Positions 35,801 through 50,100 of a DNA stretch of 64,000 bases are shown here, one piece after another (position 1 is the first letter of the stretch; every line of letters begins with the position of its first letter). The notes beneath the pieces were generated by a model. That model ran no database searches and had not been told where the DNA came from. It saw nothing but the letters and a program-made list of their open reading frames with translations. This stretch comes from Macrostomum hystrix (Eukaryota > Animalia > Platyhelminthes). The DNA lies in the NCBI GenBank assembly GCA_950097015.1, contig CATNEN010000001.1:19716001-19780000 (forward strand), written 5' to 3'. The position numbers were made by a program, and so were the translations under genes.

Positions 35801-38766
35801 GCCAGCTGCGAAAGCGTCAGACCCCGACTGTCCCGATGACTCGCATCCGCTCCTCCGTCCATCAGAGTCTTGGCTGCTCGCAAGTGACCACCTTCACACG
35901 CTCGTGACAGAGCAGTCCGACCCTGACTGTCTTCAGCTCGCACTGACGCTCCAAGATCCAACAGTTTGTCGATGAGCTCGTGATGACCTGCATCAGCTGC
36001 CAGCATGAGAGCAGTGGCTCCAGTGCCGTCTGGCAGATCGACATGTTCTCTGCTGAATCGCTCATCATTCATTAGTGTGAGAGCCAGTGCGACATAGCCA
36101 TGAGAGATGGAGACACAGAGCAGCTGTGTGAGCTGAGCTGGCTGCATTCGAGACAGAGTCTGTGTGAGAACGGAGTTCCTGCCCTCGATGGCCATCGAGG
36201 CGGTGAAGTTGAGGACTTGGCTGGACTGGAAGAGCCAGTCGGGTTCTAGGCCAAGGAAGACGACAATGTCTTCTTGAAGACTTGAGCATGCCGCAATTGC
36301 ACATTCTCGACGGAAATCGATTCTAAGACGTCTTTTTGACAGAGACCTCAGGAGGTCTAACTGACCAGCTTTTGCTGCCGACTTCGCAGCCTCAAAGTAG
36401 CACTGATCTCTCATACTACTATCATCGACTATCTCTACGAGAAATTTCACGATATCCCACAGACCAGCACTTGTGGCCGCTTTTACTGCCTCCAAGCAAC
36501 TCCGATCTCTTATAGAACTATCACAAATAGACTGGAAAAGGTACTTCATCAGCTGCTGATTTCTTACAGCTTCAAGCACCGCCTTCATGCAGCACTGATC
36601 TCTCACCCTCTGTTCAGCTATTGTCTGCACCAGAAATTTCACAATATCTTGCCTGCTCTGAATAACTGCAGCTATTGCTGCTTCCATGCAGCACTGATCT
36701 CTCACACATTGGTTGCCAACTGCCTGCACCAGAAGCTTTAGCATTTCAAAGTTGCCTTCAATTACAGCCGCTTTTGCTGGCTCGATGCAGCTTTGGTCTC
36801 GTAAATTGGGATCACCAATTGAGAAAATAAAAAACTTCACAAAGTCCCATTTCCCCGCGAGTGCTGCGAATTTCGAGGCATCTTTGCAGCACTGGTTCCG
36901 CAATGTTTGGTCAGTGATTGATTGTATCAGATGCCGAATCACGTCAACCTGCCCAACCGACGCAGCTCCTGCAGCGTCAATGGCTGCCTCCACGCAACAC
37001 TTATTTCGAACAGCTTGATCAACAAATGTCGACACCAGATATTTTATAACTTCAATTTGACCCGCCAGTGCAGCGGATTTCGTTGCAACAAAACAACAGT
37101 CATCTTTTGACTTCAAGTCATCTATGCAGTTCACTAAAAACCTCATCTCTTCTAGTTGGCCTCTTGTAGCAACGTAATTGGCAGTCTTTATACAGCACTG
37201 CTCTTTTATGTCAGCAAAGTCGATTAGTTGAATGATTTCCACAAGAGATGCTCTTTCATTAAACTCGGCAGCCGATAGAGCGATCTCCATGCAGCACTGA
37301 GCCTTCGAAGTTGGGTCAGAAACCTCCTGCAATAAGAGCTTAGCAGCTTCCCACTGCCGTTCGGAAGCTGCGAAAATCGATGTTTGAATGCAGCACTGCT
37401 CTCTCAGTCGTTCGTCATAGATGCATTGAATTAGGTCCTCCAGAAGCTGACATTTTCCAAACCTTCCAGCAGACCACGCGGCCTTCATGCAGCATTCGTC
37501 CTTCACTTTTTGATCCTGGGCAGATTTGACAAGAAAGTCAATCGCATTCCAATGCCCCTCTGAGGCAGCTGCGTTTGTGGACTGGACCAAGCAGTTTTCT
37601 ATTAGTTTCGGATCAGTTATCTTTCCAATCAGTGTCTCAAGAACTCTTAGGTGGCCAAGCTTTGCTGCGGCCTTTGACCCCTCGGCACAGCATTTTTCCA
37701 TCAGCTTCTGGAGTGAAATCTTTGAAAGCAGAATTTCTAAAATGTAGCTTTCTTGACATTGTGTGCCGGCAGTCTGGTCATTCAGGCAGCACTGAAACTG
37801 CACACTTCCATCCACGACTATTTGGTTAAAAAGACGAATAACTTCTCGGCTGCTAAACTCAAGTGCAGTGTTTATCATGACTTCGCAAATGGCTTCTTGT
37901 TTTATTTTACTTTCGGTAAAGTGCAGCAGAAAATTTGCTACATCCCATTCACAACAGGCAGCCGAGAATCTCACTGACTGCAGGCAACATTCATCTCTTG
38001 CACGTTGATCCGCGACAACCTTCAGCAGAAATTTCAAAATGTCCCACTGACGCTTTTCAGCCGCGACCTTTGCTGCTTCCACACCGCAGAGATCTTTGAC
38101 TTTCCCGTCTGGAATCGACAGCAACAAAAATTCCAACGCTTTCCTTGAGCTGAATTGATGCCCGATTTCGGCTTCGGGTACAGTCATGCAGAAGTCGTCC
38201 TCCACCGCATCTTTATCTGAGCTTATTGGCAGCTTTACAATGGATAATCTGGTGTACTTCGAGTTGAATGGCTGTCCATCAGCTCCTTGCTTGCGATTGG
38301 CATCCAATTCAACTGCTGACTTGGCGAGAAATACCGAAATATTCCACTGACGAAATTTAGCTGAAGTGTTTGCTATTTCCCTGAATAAATCATCGACGTG
38401 CTCCTCTTCAACTTCCAGCATCATTTGCTGAACAACATTCAGCTGGCCGAACCGGGCAGCCGATTTCGCCGCCAAGAAACACAGCTGGCGTCTCATTGTT
38501 GGATCCGCCAGTGTCTGTAACAAACTATTTAAATTTGAAACGCGACCAACTTTCGCAGCAGATACTGACGCTTGAGCATAAGCTTGATACTCAATACCAT
38601 CCTTGCTCAACATGAGCTTTAATGATTTCGCAGAACACCAGGCTGCAATCATTTTAATCGATTTCTTACGTTTTAAAGCCAGTTGAAATCGAAACCAAAC
38701 TCGTGATTTTCTCTGATGGTCAGTTGTTTCTTCTCGCAGGTCCCTAGAATCCATCAAGGAATCCAT
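32813..38766 (-). CDS. ANK-cGLR gene A: ~20 divergent 33-aa ankyrin-like repeats + 3-4 canonical ankyrin repeats + Mab-21/cGAS-like nucleotidyltransferase + C-terminal domain + basic tail, ~1790 aa; exons 38766-35756, 35625-35575, 35345-34996, 34915-33341, 33198-32813
   Basis: GSYSDG..DSDID motif, third acidic residue in FDICRAI, Mab-21 motifs HLV..ELRVSFSFHEK, LKSYHAKTLLF, MPHFF; all junctions GT-AG and in frame (5373 nt). Confidence 0.88.
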
Positions 38767-39057
38767 TGGTTAGTGTGCTCAACTGGTCAGAAATCTGAAA
38801 CTGTATGGCGTTTTGATATGTGTAATAATCATTATAATTGTATTTCTAGCCATTTTAGACATGAAATTGTGAAACTCTTGCCTGTTTAGCCCCATTTAAA
38901 GTATTAAAGTCTTTCAATAGCATGGATCTGAATAAGTCACCAGGCGGTCAAATGGGTACCAGTATTAGCTGGGGTTGAACTAAGTGCAGTTGTGGCCCCA
39001 CCACCTGTCCACAGACTAAACAGCTGTACACAGCCTGTGAAAGCATTGCACAATAGC

Positions 39058-39451
39058 TGCGGATAGCTCAGTCAGTAAGGTGTCGGACTCTGGATCAGAT
39101 GGTCCTGGGTTCGACTCCCGACCTAGTCTAGAACTATTCGTGCAGCCTTTGGCAAGCTGCTTTGCCCTGATGTGCACAGTCTACTCAGCTGCAAATGAGT
39201 ACCGACATTTCGTCGGGTACTAATAATTCCGGCTGGCGTGGAATAAAGCAGTTCTGTGCGGCAATTCTGTGGGGTTTGGATGCTGCCGACATGTATCGAA
39301 AAAATAAATTCCATTCCATTGCTGACACGCAGCTCTCAAACGGTGTCCGAGAGAGCCGGGGATTACATTAGGTGTATAGACCCCACCTGATAGTGCGCTT
39401 GACACACGACACCTGCACTGGCCCTTGGGTCTGGTGTCAATTATTATTATT
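39058..39451 (+). mobile_element. tRNA-derived SINE family B (CORE-like), full length
   Basis: A box TAGCTCAGTCAG, B box GGTTCGACTCC, CORE-like GTGCAGCCTTTGGCAAGCTGCTT, (ATT)n tail, TSD AATAGCTGCGG. Confidence 0.85.
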
Positions 39452-40075
39452 AATAGCTGCGGCTGTGCCACTGTCTGTAAATATGGCCCAACTAAGACTA
39501 TATGTCATTGAGGAACGAAAGAGGTAGTGAAAAGCTTACCGTTTAAAAAGATCAATACAGCCATTTTGCAAATTTTGTTTGGTAAAATGATATATTTTTA
39601 ACTAGAAAAATATTAGTACCTTGTAACGAAGTTTTGCTGCAGCCTTTATAAGAAAGCTTTTATGTACATCCATGTAAGTGTACGTATATCTACGATCAAT
39701 ACGTACATAAGTACTCTTGTTATAAGGTACTAACTAATAAGGTACTTCTAGACATCTAGACTCAGTGTACATCTTCTCGAAGCATGTCCTGCTCATGTTC
39801 TGCTAATTGCGATCCCAACTATGCTGAATCTTACCTTGCCTATGAGATTTTGAGTTCATTTGGTTATCTTTGCCTACCTCAGAGCACATCTTATCACTAT
39901 TCCTTTTTATAGAAATGTTTGTTTATTTGAACTGCCCGACCAACTCACCTGTACACCTTATCAATGGCTTCACTAATGAAAAAATATTCATTATTATAAT
40001 TGCCTAATTGCAGCTGATAGCGGTCGAACTCGATCAATCCAGAGTGTTATTTTTTATTAAAAAGCATAACTTTTT

Positions 40076-40142
40076 TCCAGTGAAGTCAAGAATCGAACCC
40101 CTGACCTTCAAGTTGTGAGCCAATGCTCTAACCACTTTGCCC
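40076..40142 (-). mobile_element. tRNA-like SINE head or tRNA pseudogene fragment
   Basis: Reverse complement GGCAAAGTGGTTAGAGC...GGTTCGATTC has A and B boxes but no intact acceptor stem. Confidence 0.5.
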
Positions 40143-41181
40143 TACTTAAAGGATTAAAAATGTCTTGTTGTTTTTAACACCAACTTGAATTCATGAGAAA
40201 TATTTTATCGTAAGCAATGGCAGTCAAATAAAAATTATCAAAGAAACTATATTATATGCTTTACTATTATTATTTTAACTTCTAAATAAATTTGATAGTT
40301 ATAACGCCTTTTTAATGCAGCAGATACTTCTATGAGTAGTATTTGGCACTTTAATCCCAAGTCTAAGCAAAGCAATAAGTTTTCAATGGACTATTTTATC
40401 AACTGTTTTCAATAGTTTAAAAATATTTCCATGTTTTAATCGTCCATTTTTAATAATAGTTTAAGGAACCATTTTAGCCGAGTCAATATTTTCCAACCAA
40501 AATTCCAAATGTCTTCCTATTCTCCAATTTGCTCAATAATTCTGATCCCTCCTTCACACCGTGATCAGCTTTGTTTGTCTCCACAATTTCAACTCTGTCA
40601 CCAACGGGGACACAGTGACGGCGTGTCTCAAGCGGCGGCTGAGTAAGAGAGTACACCCGCTGTCTTATTTCACTTTCTCTCCCAAAATTTTACTTTTAAC
40701 AAAATATGTTCCGCACAAGGGGATCAGGGGAACGGAGTGGAGGGAGGGGAGAAATGAGAGGGAGAGTGCAGAGCTGCTGTTCCACTTCAATTGTCTCTCC
40801 TTGCCTGCCATTGGCCAGAACTTGGTGGCATGGAGAGGACTAACATTGTGTACTGTCCTCCGGCCACCACCCCAAACACACCGCCTCACCTCAGGCTCAC
40901 AGAATGTTTAAGGAACAAACTACCTGGTCGTCGAGACGGAGAGAAGGAGAGAACAATTTTGCAAGCCCAATATTTCACCTGAAGATAGAAGGGCTCCGCC
41001 CGTTCAATTAATCATACAGGGCCAGTTGCGTAACTCCGTTTTAAGATTCTCTTGAATTTAGCATGAAATCTGATAGCCATGCAAATAGATCGACTCCATA
41101 CCTTCTTGAGACCAGCCGCATCTTTATTTAGATTACAGTCTTTATTCTTTTTTTGAAAGAAAATTGGTGAAAATAGTCGAC

Positions 41182-44100
41182 ATGTTGAAGTGGGCCCGAA
41201 ATCCACCCAGTGCTACTAGCTCGCAGGAGATGGCAGATGATGACAAGCAGCAGCAGCAGCAGCAGGAGCAGGAGCAGGGGCTAGTCCTCGAACCCGTGAC
41301 CTCAGTTGCTAAGCCGGAGCCTGAGCCGGAGGTGCCTGCAAGCTCGAGAATTCCAAAACTGTTCGGCAGTTTGCGACTCCGTCGAAGGCAGGCCAGGAGA
41401 AACTCGGTGTCTGAACTGCCAGCCGGACCATCTGTGGGTGCTGCTGCGGCTGCGGCTTCTGCTACAGATGGGTCGACTTTAAAGCGATGGATCACCGGCT
41501 CGCTGCGACGAATCAGCCGGTTGAGAGACAACGGTGGCAGCGACGGCGGCGACGGCGGCGGAGTGTCACTAAGACGATCAAGAAGTGCGGACAGATGCGG
41601 GCCCAGAGACAGCTGCGAGGTGAGAAACACAAGTTGCACCTGCGACTGATACGCAGTTGATGTACTATAGCCGCAGCTTTTGCGCGACGGTTCTAAATAC
41701 TGCGTACAGCTGTTCAGTCCATGGACAGGGGAGTCTGTTTCATCCATACAGATTCTATTCTATTCTATTATATTCTATTCTATTCTATTCTATTCTATTC
41801 TATTCTATTATATTCTATTATATTCTATTCTATTCTATTCTATTCTATTCTATTCTATTCTATTCTTTTCTATTCTATTCTATTCTATTCTATTATATTC
41901 TATTATATTCTATTCTATTCTATTCTATTCTATTCTATTCTATTCTATTCTTTTCTATTCTTTTCTATTCTATTATATTATATTATATTCTATTATATTC
42001 TATTCTATTCTATTCTATTCTATTCTATTCTATTCTATTCTATTATTTTCCCATTATTATCCTAGTTATCCTAGTTATTTTATATCCTATTATTAACATA
42101 TATTGTCGATTCCATTAAACTATATTTCTTTGTTCTAGCTGTAGTTTCATGTTTTTCCAGTTTTCTGTATTCACCGAATCGTAAGTGTACTCAATATTCA
42201 AGTACACAGCTCAGGAGTACAACACTTAGCCGCACGATGCGTGAATGAGCACCCTTGACCTCGCGTCAACCTGTCAACCTGACCACGCACAGTCTCAACT
42301 TGGAGCACTGCCTTAATTAACTGCCGGTCCTAGTGAATGCTAGGGTTTCCTTTGCCGTTGCTAGAACACGGCTAAGCCACAATGCCAGCATTAGACAGAC
42401 GATCAGAAGCTGCAGTGAAGCAACTGCCTATAATTACTCGAGAGCTAACAGCTAGGGAGAAATTGGAGAGAAGACACGGCAAAGCTTTGTCGAAGTTCGG
42501 CCGAGCTTCGCTTCGTATTTCAGTCTGCATTAATATTTAATTTAGTTCCTTTAAAACAGAACCAAAGCCACCGAAGCCCAGCAAGCGAGGCAGTTTTAGC
42601 AGCTGACAAGCATGCTGGATGAAGCAGAGCATTGCATTTTTGCGCAAATTATGAGCAGCCTGTTTGAACACGAACGGCGCTAAGTGGCTTCAGTTTGCAG
42701 TTTAGCTGCTTGGAGTGCAAGGAATTCAGACACAATTAGTGAGCTTGTGTTTAGCACCTCTGTGTGGAGAGACATAGGCTTAATTAGTGAGGCTTGCTAT
42801 AGGCCGTCTTAGTACTGCGGCACCCTTCCTTTAGTAGCAGTAAAAAACAGTAGAAGACCACGGGTGTTTTAAACACCCACATTTTTCTTATTCCATGCAT
42901 CTCCCAAAATATTGAACCCAATCGCCATTAAAAATGCACAACTGTAGCCAATTTTTTGCGCTAAAGCCGATGAAACAACTTTCAGAATCACTAATTGTCG
43001 CCTTCGTCGAGATATTCAACGATTCTCGTCGTGGTGACTGGTGACAGAAACCACCAGTTTTTTTCTGCTCAAACAATGTCAACATTTAACCATGTCGACT
43101 TGTCACCAAGGTCTTCGACAAGAAACACAAAATCTCGATCATGCTGACGTCGGAGCTTTTCTTTCATTCTTCAACGCCAATTCTTCATTTTCTCTCTCAT
43201 ATCTTCTCTCCTCTCTCTCCTCTCTCTCCTCTCTCCCCTCTCTCTCCTCTCTCCCCTCTTCCCCCTCTCCCATCTCACCCATTTGTCTTATCTCCCATCT
43301 CTCCCCTCTCTCCTCTCTCCCCACTCTCCTCTCTCCCATCTCTCCCCCTCTCTCCTCTCTTCCCTCTCTCCGCTCTCTCCCTTCTCTCCCATCTCTTCTC
43401 TCTCTCTCCTCTCTCTCCTCTTCCCCCTCTCCCATCTCACCCATTTGTCTTATCTCCCATCTCTCCTCTCTCTCCTCTCTCCCCACTCTCCTCTCTCATC
43501 TCTCCCCCTCTCTCCTCTCTCTCCTCTCTCCCCTCTCTCCCATCTCTCCCCTCTCTCTCTCCCCTCTCCCCTCTCTCCCCTCTCTCTCCTCTCTCTCCTC
43601 TCTCTCCTCTCTCCCCTCTTCCCCCTCTCCCATCTCACCCATTTGTCTTCTCTCTCCTCTCTCCCATCTCTCTCCCCTCTCTCCTCTCTCCCCTCTTCCC
43701 CCTCTCCCATCTCACCCATTTGTCTTCTCTCTCCTCTCTCCCATCTCTCTCCCCTCTCTCCTCTCTCTCCTCTCTCTCCTCTCTCCCCACTCTCCTCTCT
43801 CCCATCTCTCCCCCCTCTCTCCTCTCTCCCATCTCTCCCCCTATTTCCTCTCTGCCCTCTCTCTCCTCTTCTCCCACTCTCCCATCTCACCCATTTCTCT
43901 CCTCTCTCCAATTTTCAATTTCTTCCCCTTGTCGCTCCTGCACTATTTCTTCCACCAATCTCCAAAATGTTCTTCTTAAGTTCATCAAAGCAGACCAGAA
44001 CTTCCCTAAATCTCCAAGCGCAGTTTACCCAAGCAGGTTTTGCAAAAGAAATGCACACGTCAACACAGATTAGCACTGATTGGCATTCGCAACACCTGCT

Positions 44101-47100
44101 CAGCACCTCTCAATGAGCTCGGCTAGATAAAAAAAAATGTTGCATTTCAGCCAACAAAAGACTGAATTTCTATTAACTAATTAATAAACGTAGACTGGTT
44201 AAAATGCATTGATTTTTAGAGAAATTATCGGCAGGCTCTGCTTGTTGTAAAACATTTCATCTTCCCAACCTGAGTTCGATTCCGCGGCGAGGCCGCATTT
44301 GTTGTAGTCTTCGCGTTCTGTCGGCAGTTCGCCAACGCGGTAGTGGGGGTTCGGGTACGGACCGCCCAAAGCTTGCCGGGAGTAGAGGGAGGGGAAGCAG
44401 CGACCCTCGAGGCGTCCAGGCACTCCGAGGAGAGACGGGATGGACTTGGAGCGTACCGACACTCGCTAAGCCCTGATTGAAGGTTTTGACTGCGAGCGGG
44501 CAGCCACTCGACAGCCCAAGAGAGAGGTAGATGATGGTCTGGAAGCGTACCGACACTTCTCAGACTCGAGGAAGACTCTGGATGAGAAGGATGATGGTGA
44601 GCTCTCGGCAACCGCAGAGGTCGGGCAGAGGAACAAGATTTGATAATAAATAAATAAATAACGCGTGAATACTTTTCTTACCGAGAGGGGTTGAATGTGG
44701 AACTCATGCAAAATGGTGCTTCCGGCTGTGTATTATGGCTTCTACTTTCTACGTCCAATCGCTTCTGATTTTCAAATTAACTTCAGCAATGCTCTCGCAC
44801 GAGTTCAGGTGGGGGCGGGCTGGCCACGGGCAGCGCGCGCAAATAAATAACCGCGTGGGGTGGGGCGAGGGCATAGGGCTGGGCGGGGTAGGGCTAAGCC
44901 ACGCAGGGCTGGGGGTAGCAAACAGGGCTGGGCTGGGGTCGGCTGCAAGCCGAGAGAGAGAGAGAAGGGGACCGGCTAGCCAATCAGAAGCCTCCTTGGC
45001 GAGAGGCCTGATTGGACTAGCGAGGTCGGCACAGGGGACAGCCAATGGGCGAGCGAAAAACATGACAAAGGAGGGTGGCCTAAGCCGGGGCCGGCCAGAA
45101 CTGGTTTGAGCAGGTGGCCGGGGTGGAAGGGTTAGAGACGCAGGGGTCGGGGCAAGGTCATTGTGAGACGCAGCTCACAACACATTCATTTTGGGCGCAG
45201 CCGCGGAGAGAAGGCTTGGCGGCTTGTCGTGTAATTTATACCCTTGAGGGGACAAACAGTGACATGTACACTGCCTGAAGATGAGAAAGTCGGGGCAGAT
45301 GTACACACCTGTGGGAGTGTGTATACCTACCTCTTCGCTAGCTTCGGGTCCACCATCACAAAAAACTAAATATGAAATGTAGAAATAAATCTAATATTCG
45401 TTGTCGTAACGGACTTCGAGTTTAACGAACTAAACTAAAACTCGTTCATTCGCCAAACAGTCAACAACGACTGCGCCATTGAAGTCAGCGTCAACGTCAG
45501 CCGCTTCGTTGGCTGACTTCGCCGAAACCGCCGCTGTGATCTGCCAGCTGCTGGGAGGCAGCGACTGCAGCGCCGATAGGCAGAGCCTTCGCTTCCTGGT
45601 GGACAGTGCTCTGAGCTCCCCGATAGCAGGTGAGACGCCACTCCCTTCTCAATCCTTCCCGAATCCCTACACAACCCTTCCCGAATCCCTTCGCGATCCT
45701 TCCCGAATCCCTTCACAATACTTCATGAATCCCTTCACAATCCTTCATGAATCCCTTCACAATCCTTCATGAATCCCTTCGCGATCCTTCACGAATCCCT
45801 TCACAATTCTTCCGGAATCCCTTCTCAATACCTCCCGAATCCCTTCGCGATCCTTCACGAATCCCTTCACAATCCTTCATGAATCCCTTCACAATCCTTC
45901 CGGAATCCCTTCTCAATACCTCCCGAATCCCTTCACAATACTTCATGGATTCCTTCACAATCCTTCATGGATTCCTTCACAATACTTCATGGATTCCTTC
46001 ACAATCCTTCATGGATTCCTTCACAATACTTCATGGATTCCTTCACAATCCTTCATGGATTCCTTCACAATACTTCATGGATTCCTTCACAATCCTTCCG
46101 GAATCCCTTCTCAATACCTCCCGAATCCCTTCCCAATCATTCCTGAATCCCTTCACTATACTTCCCGAATCTATTCACAATCCTTCCCGAATCCCTTCAC
46201 AATCCTTCATGGATCCCTTCACAATCCTTCCCGAATCCCTTTACAATCCTTCCCGAATCCCTTCATAATACTTCCCGAATCCCTTCGCGATCCTTCACGA
46301 ATCCCTTCACAATCCTTCCCGAATCCCTTCACAATCATTCCTGAATCCCTTCACAATACTTCCCGAATCTATTCATAATCCTTCCCGAATCCCTTCACAA
46401 TCCTTCCCGAATCCCTGTCCAATACCTCCCGAATCCCTTCACAATCCTTCCCGAATCCCTTTACAATCCTTCCCGAATCCCTTTACAATCCTTCCCGAAT
46501 CCCTTCATAATACTTCCCGAATCCCTTCATAATACCTCCCGAATCCCTTCGCGATCCTTCACGAATCCCTTCACAATCCTTCATGAATCCCTTCACAATC
46601 CTTCCGGAATCCCTTCTCAATACCTCCCGAATCCCTTCACAATCCTTCATGGATTCCTTCACAATACTTCCCGAATCTATTCATAATCCTTCCTGAATCC
46701 CTTCACAATCCTTCCCGAATCCCTGTCCAATACCTCCCGAATCCCTTCACAATCCTCCCCGAATCCCTTTACAATCCTTCCCGAATCCCTTCATAATACT
46801 TCCCAAATCTATTCACAATCCTTCCCGAATCCCTTCACAATCCATCTCCCAATCCCTTCTCAATACCTCCCGAATGCCTGCACAATACTTCACGAATACT
46901 TACTCAATACATACCGAATCCCATCTCAATCTTTCGTTACTTCGCACATGATTCATCTAAAAGTTCTTGATTTTGTAAATCGAGTATATATTTTCCTAAA
47001 CGAATCACCGCGGCCTCCCAAACCCGTCCCAGCTTCATTCGGGCGCACCCTTGAGCAGCTGAATCGGCTGGGTCTCGCCGAGGATCCGTTCGCCCTCACA

Positions 47101-50100
47101 TCTGTCATCGGCCAGGAGCTCCTGGCAGCGGGTCAAGCTCGCCGGGCCACCGTCTGTCTCGAGTGCTCAATCCGGCTAGGCGGTGACGTGCCCGAAGCTC
47201 GGCTGCGCTGCTCTGTGCTGGCTTCGCTGGGCAGGGCGCACTGGCTGCTGGGCGGCTGGGACTCCGCCATCGACTGTATGCGGCAGCACCTCCGACTGGC
47301 CGAGAGCTGCAGTGAGCACTTAAGCACTGCTGAGCACTCATTGGCTGAATTATCAGCCGTGTGTCTGCGTGTTCTGGGTGTCTGTACTGGGTGTCTGTAC
47401 TGGGTGCCTGTACTAGGTGTCTGTACTGGTTGTCTGTCTGTACTGGTTGTCTGTCTGTACTGGGTGTCTGTCTGTACTGGGTGTCTGTACTGGGTGTCTG
47501 TACTGGGTGTCTGTCTGTACTGGGTGTCTGTACTAGGTGTCTGTCTGTACTGGGTGTGTCTGTACTGGGTGTCTGTACTGGGTGTCTGTACTGTGTGTCT
47601 GTACTGGGTGTCTGTACTGGGTGTCTGTCTGTACTGGGTGTCTGTACTGGGTGTCTGTCTGTACTGGGTGTCTGTACTGGGTGTCTGTCTGTACTGGGTG
47701 TGTCTGCACTGGGTGTCTGTACTGGGTGTCTGTACTGGGTGTCTGTACTGGGTGTCTGTCTGTACTGGGTGTCTGTACTGGGTGTCTGTCTGTACTGGGT
47801 GTCTGTACTGGGTGTCTGTCTGTACTGGGTGTGTCTGTACTGGGTGTCTGTCTGTTCTGGATGTCTATACTGGGTGTCTGTACTGGTGTCTGTACTGGGT
47901 GTCTGTACTATGTGTCTGTCTGTACTGGGTGTCTGTCTGTACTGGGTGTCTGTCTGTACTGGGTGTCTGTATCTTCAGTGTGTCTGTCTGTACTGGGTGT
48001 CTGTACTATGTGTCTGTCTGTACTGGGTGTCTGTCTGTACTGGGTGTCTGTCTGTACTGGGTGTCTGTCTGTACTGGGTGTCTGTATCTTCAGTGTGTCT
48101 GTCTCTTCAGTGTGTCTGTCTCTTCAGTGTGTCTGTCTGTTCTGGATGTCTATTCTGGGTATCTGTACTGGGTGTCTGTCTGTTCTGGATGTCTATACTG
48201 GGTGTCTGTCTGTTCTGGATGTCTATACTGGGTGTCTGTACTGGGTGTCTATACTGGGTGTCTGTACTGGTTGTCTGTCTGTACTGGTTGTCTGTCTGTA
48301 CTGGGTGTCTGTACTGGGTGTCTGTCTGTACTGGGTGTGTCTGTACTGGGTGTCTGTCTGTTCTGGATGTCTATACTGGGTGTCTGTACTGGTGTCTGTA
48401 CTGGGTGTCTGTACTATGTGTCTGTCTGTACTGGGTGTCTGTCTGTACTGGGTGTCTGTCTCTTCAGTGTGTCTGTCTCTTCAGTGTGTCTGTCTCTTCA
48501 GTGTGTCTGTCTCTTCAGTGTGTCTGTCTCTTCAGTGTGTCTGTCTGTTCTGGATGTCTATACTGGGTGTCTGTACTGGGTGTCTATACTGGGTGTCTGT
48601 ACTGGGTGTCTGTCTGTTCTGGGTGTCTGCCTGTCCTGGGTGTCTGTCTCTTCTTTGTTTTTGTATTTTCAAGGTGGTATTCCAGCCTAGCTGTCTTCCC
48701 AAAGACACACCCAATCCCTTTGTGTGCATTGGTGCTTTACATTTTCGCTCAATTTTAATCCCGGTTTCAAATGAACTTCCTTGATTCTATGACCAGTTCA
48801 CCCGCATGTCACAGCAGCCTCTTAAACCAGAGAACCTTTAGAGCTAGCCGCGCGTTCACAAGCCCACTGCTGGAACTGGTCATTAAACTACCAACTGCTC
48901 GGAGGCCATAAACTTTGAATGAGCTGTATCGCCCTTCGCAACTGACTAGCTAGCCTTGACAATAGAGCGCGGCTTGAGTGTCATTAACTTTAATCATACT
49001 GTCGTGCAATATGAAGCTTAGTATAATAAAGGTTCTCTCACACGGACTAGGAGAATCTAGAGCCGATATCATTAGAGTTAAAATAGTACGCGTGTACCTG
49101 ACAGTTGGCCGGCTTAATAAACTGCTTATTGACAAAATTCAAAGGACTTAAAAGATTTAGCATTCATAAAATGCTATTTTTGTCTACATTTCCCACTAGC
49201 TTGGTCAGAAAAAATTATAAAAAAATTGATAAAAATGTAATTGTTTTTGTCTGGTGAGAAATTCTCGCCCAGAAACGAGTTAGTGATAATGTGGGGTGTT
49301 TCTGCTGATCCTGAATCATCATTATCAGCTGTCAATCAAACAGAGCACCACGTGCTCAGCGATTGTGAGCTGTTTCTGTTCTGCGGGAGAGCAGGAAATA
49401 TTTTTATTAATTTCTCGACCTTTCTCGATTGTTCCTTCTGGACTGAGATTCGAACTCACGACCTATCTAGACTTGCACAGACTTAGCTGCAGGGGTCAAG
49501 AAAGGACTCAGTGGGAAGGCGAGGTCGAAAATTCCCAAATCCCTGGACAATCAACGAGCGTAAATACACAGAGCACACCCATCCCACCCTCCTCATCGCC
49601 GCAGACGATGCAGCCGAGCAGAGCCGGGCCCTGGGCAACCTGATCGCAGCTCTGTCCGCTTTGGGTCGCAACGCTGACGCTCTTCGTTTCGAGCGCCGCC
49701 GTCTGCGATTGCGCGAACGAGACTCGAACTCCGGACGGCCGGGGTCTGACGGTCAGTCCACTCTGAGCAAACTGTATAAGTCCACTGGCGATGCGGCTGT
49801 ACATAGCGAGAAGGCCCGTCTATTGTCTGGACGTCAGCCTAGTCAATCTCACCGACGTCCGGGACCGAGGGTTCCAACTAGCGACAATCCCGAAGCTTGG
49901 CAGAGGTGCCAAGACTTGCTAGATCAGGGTCGAGCTGCTCTGACTGGTAGAAACTACCGACTAGCCGAGGAGAAACTTCAGAAAGCCATGGCCGACGCTT
50001 CGACGGGAGATTCGCTGACCGAGTCCAGGCTGTGCGCCGCCATGAGCGAATTGTCTATGGCCCAAGGTGTCCTGGACGAGGCCGAGACCTGGCAGCGGCG

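Noticed and set aside
41657-44116. Hydrophobic YSILF and Ser/Pro/Leu-rich ORFs
   Set aside because: Translations of (TTCTA)n and CT-rich repeats
47312-48784. Cys/Val-rich long ORFs
   Set aside because: Minisatellite inside a TTC28 intron; the real exon ends at the donor after 47311
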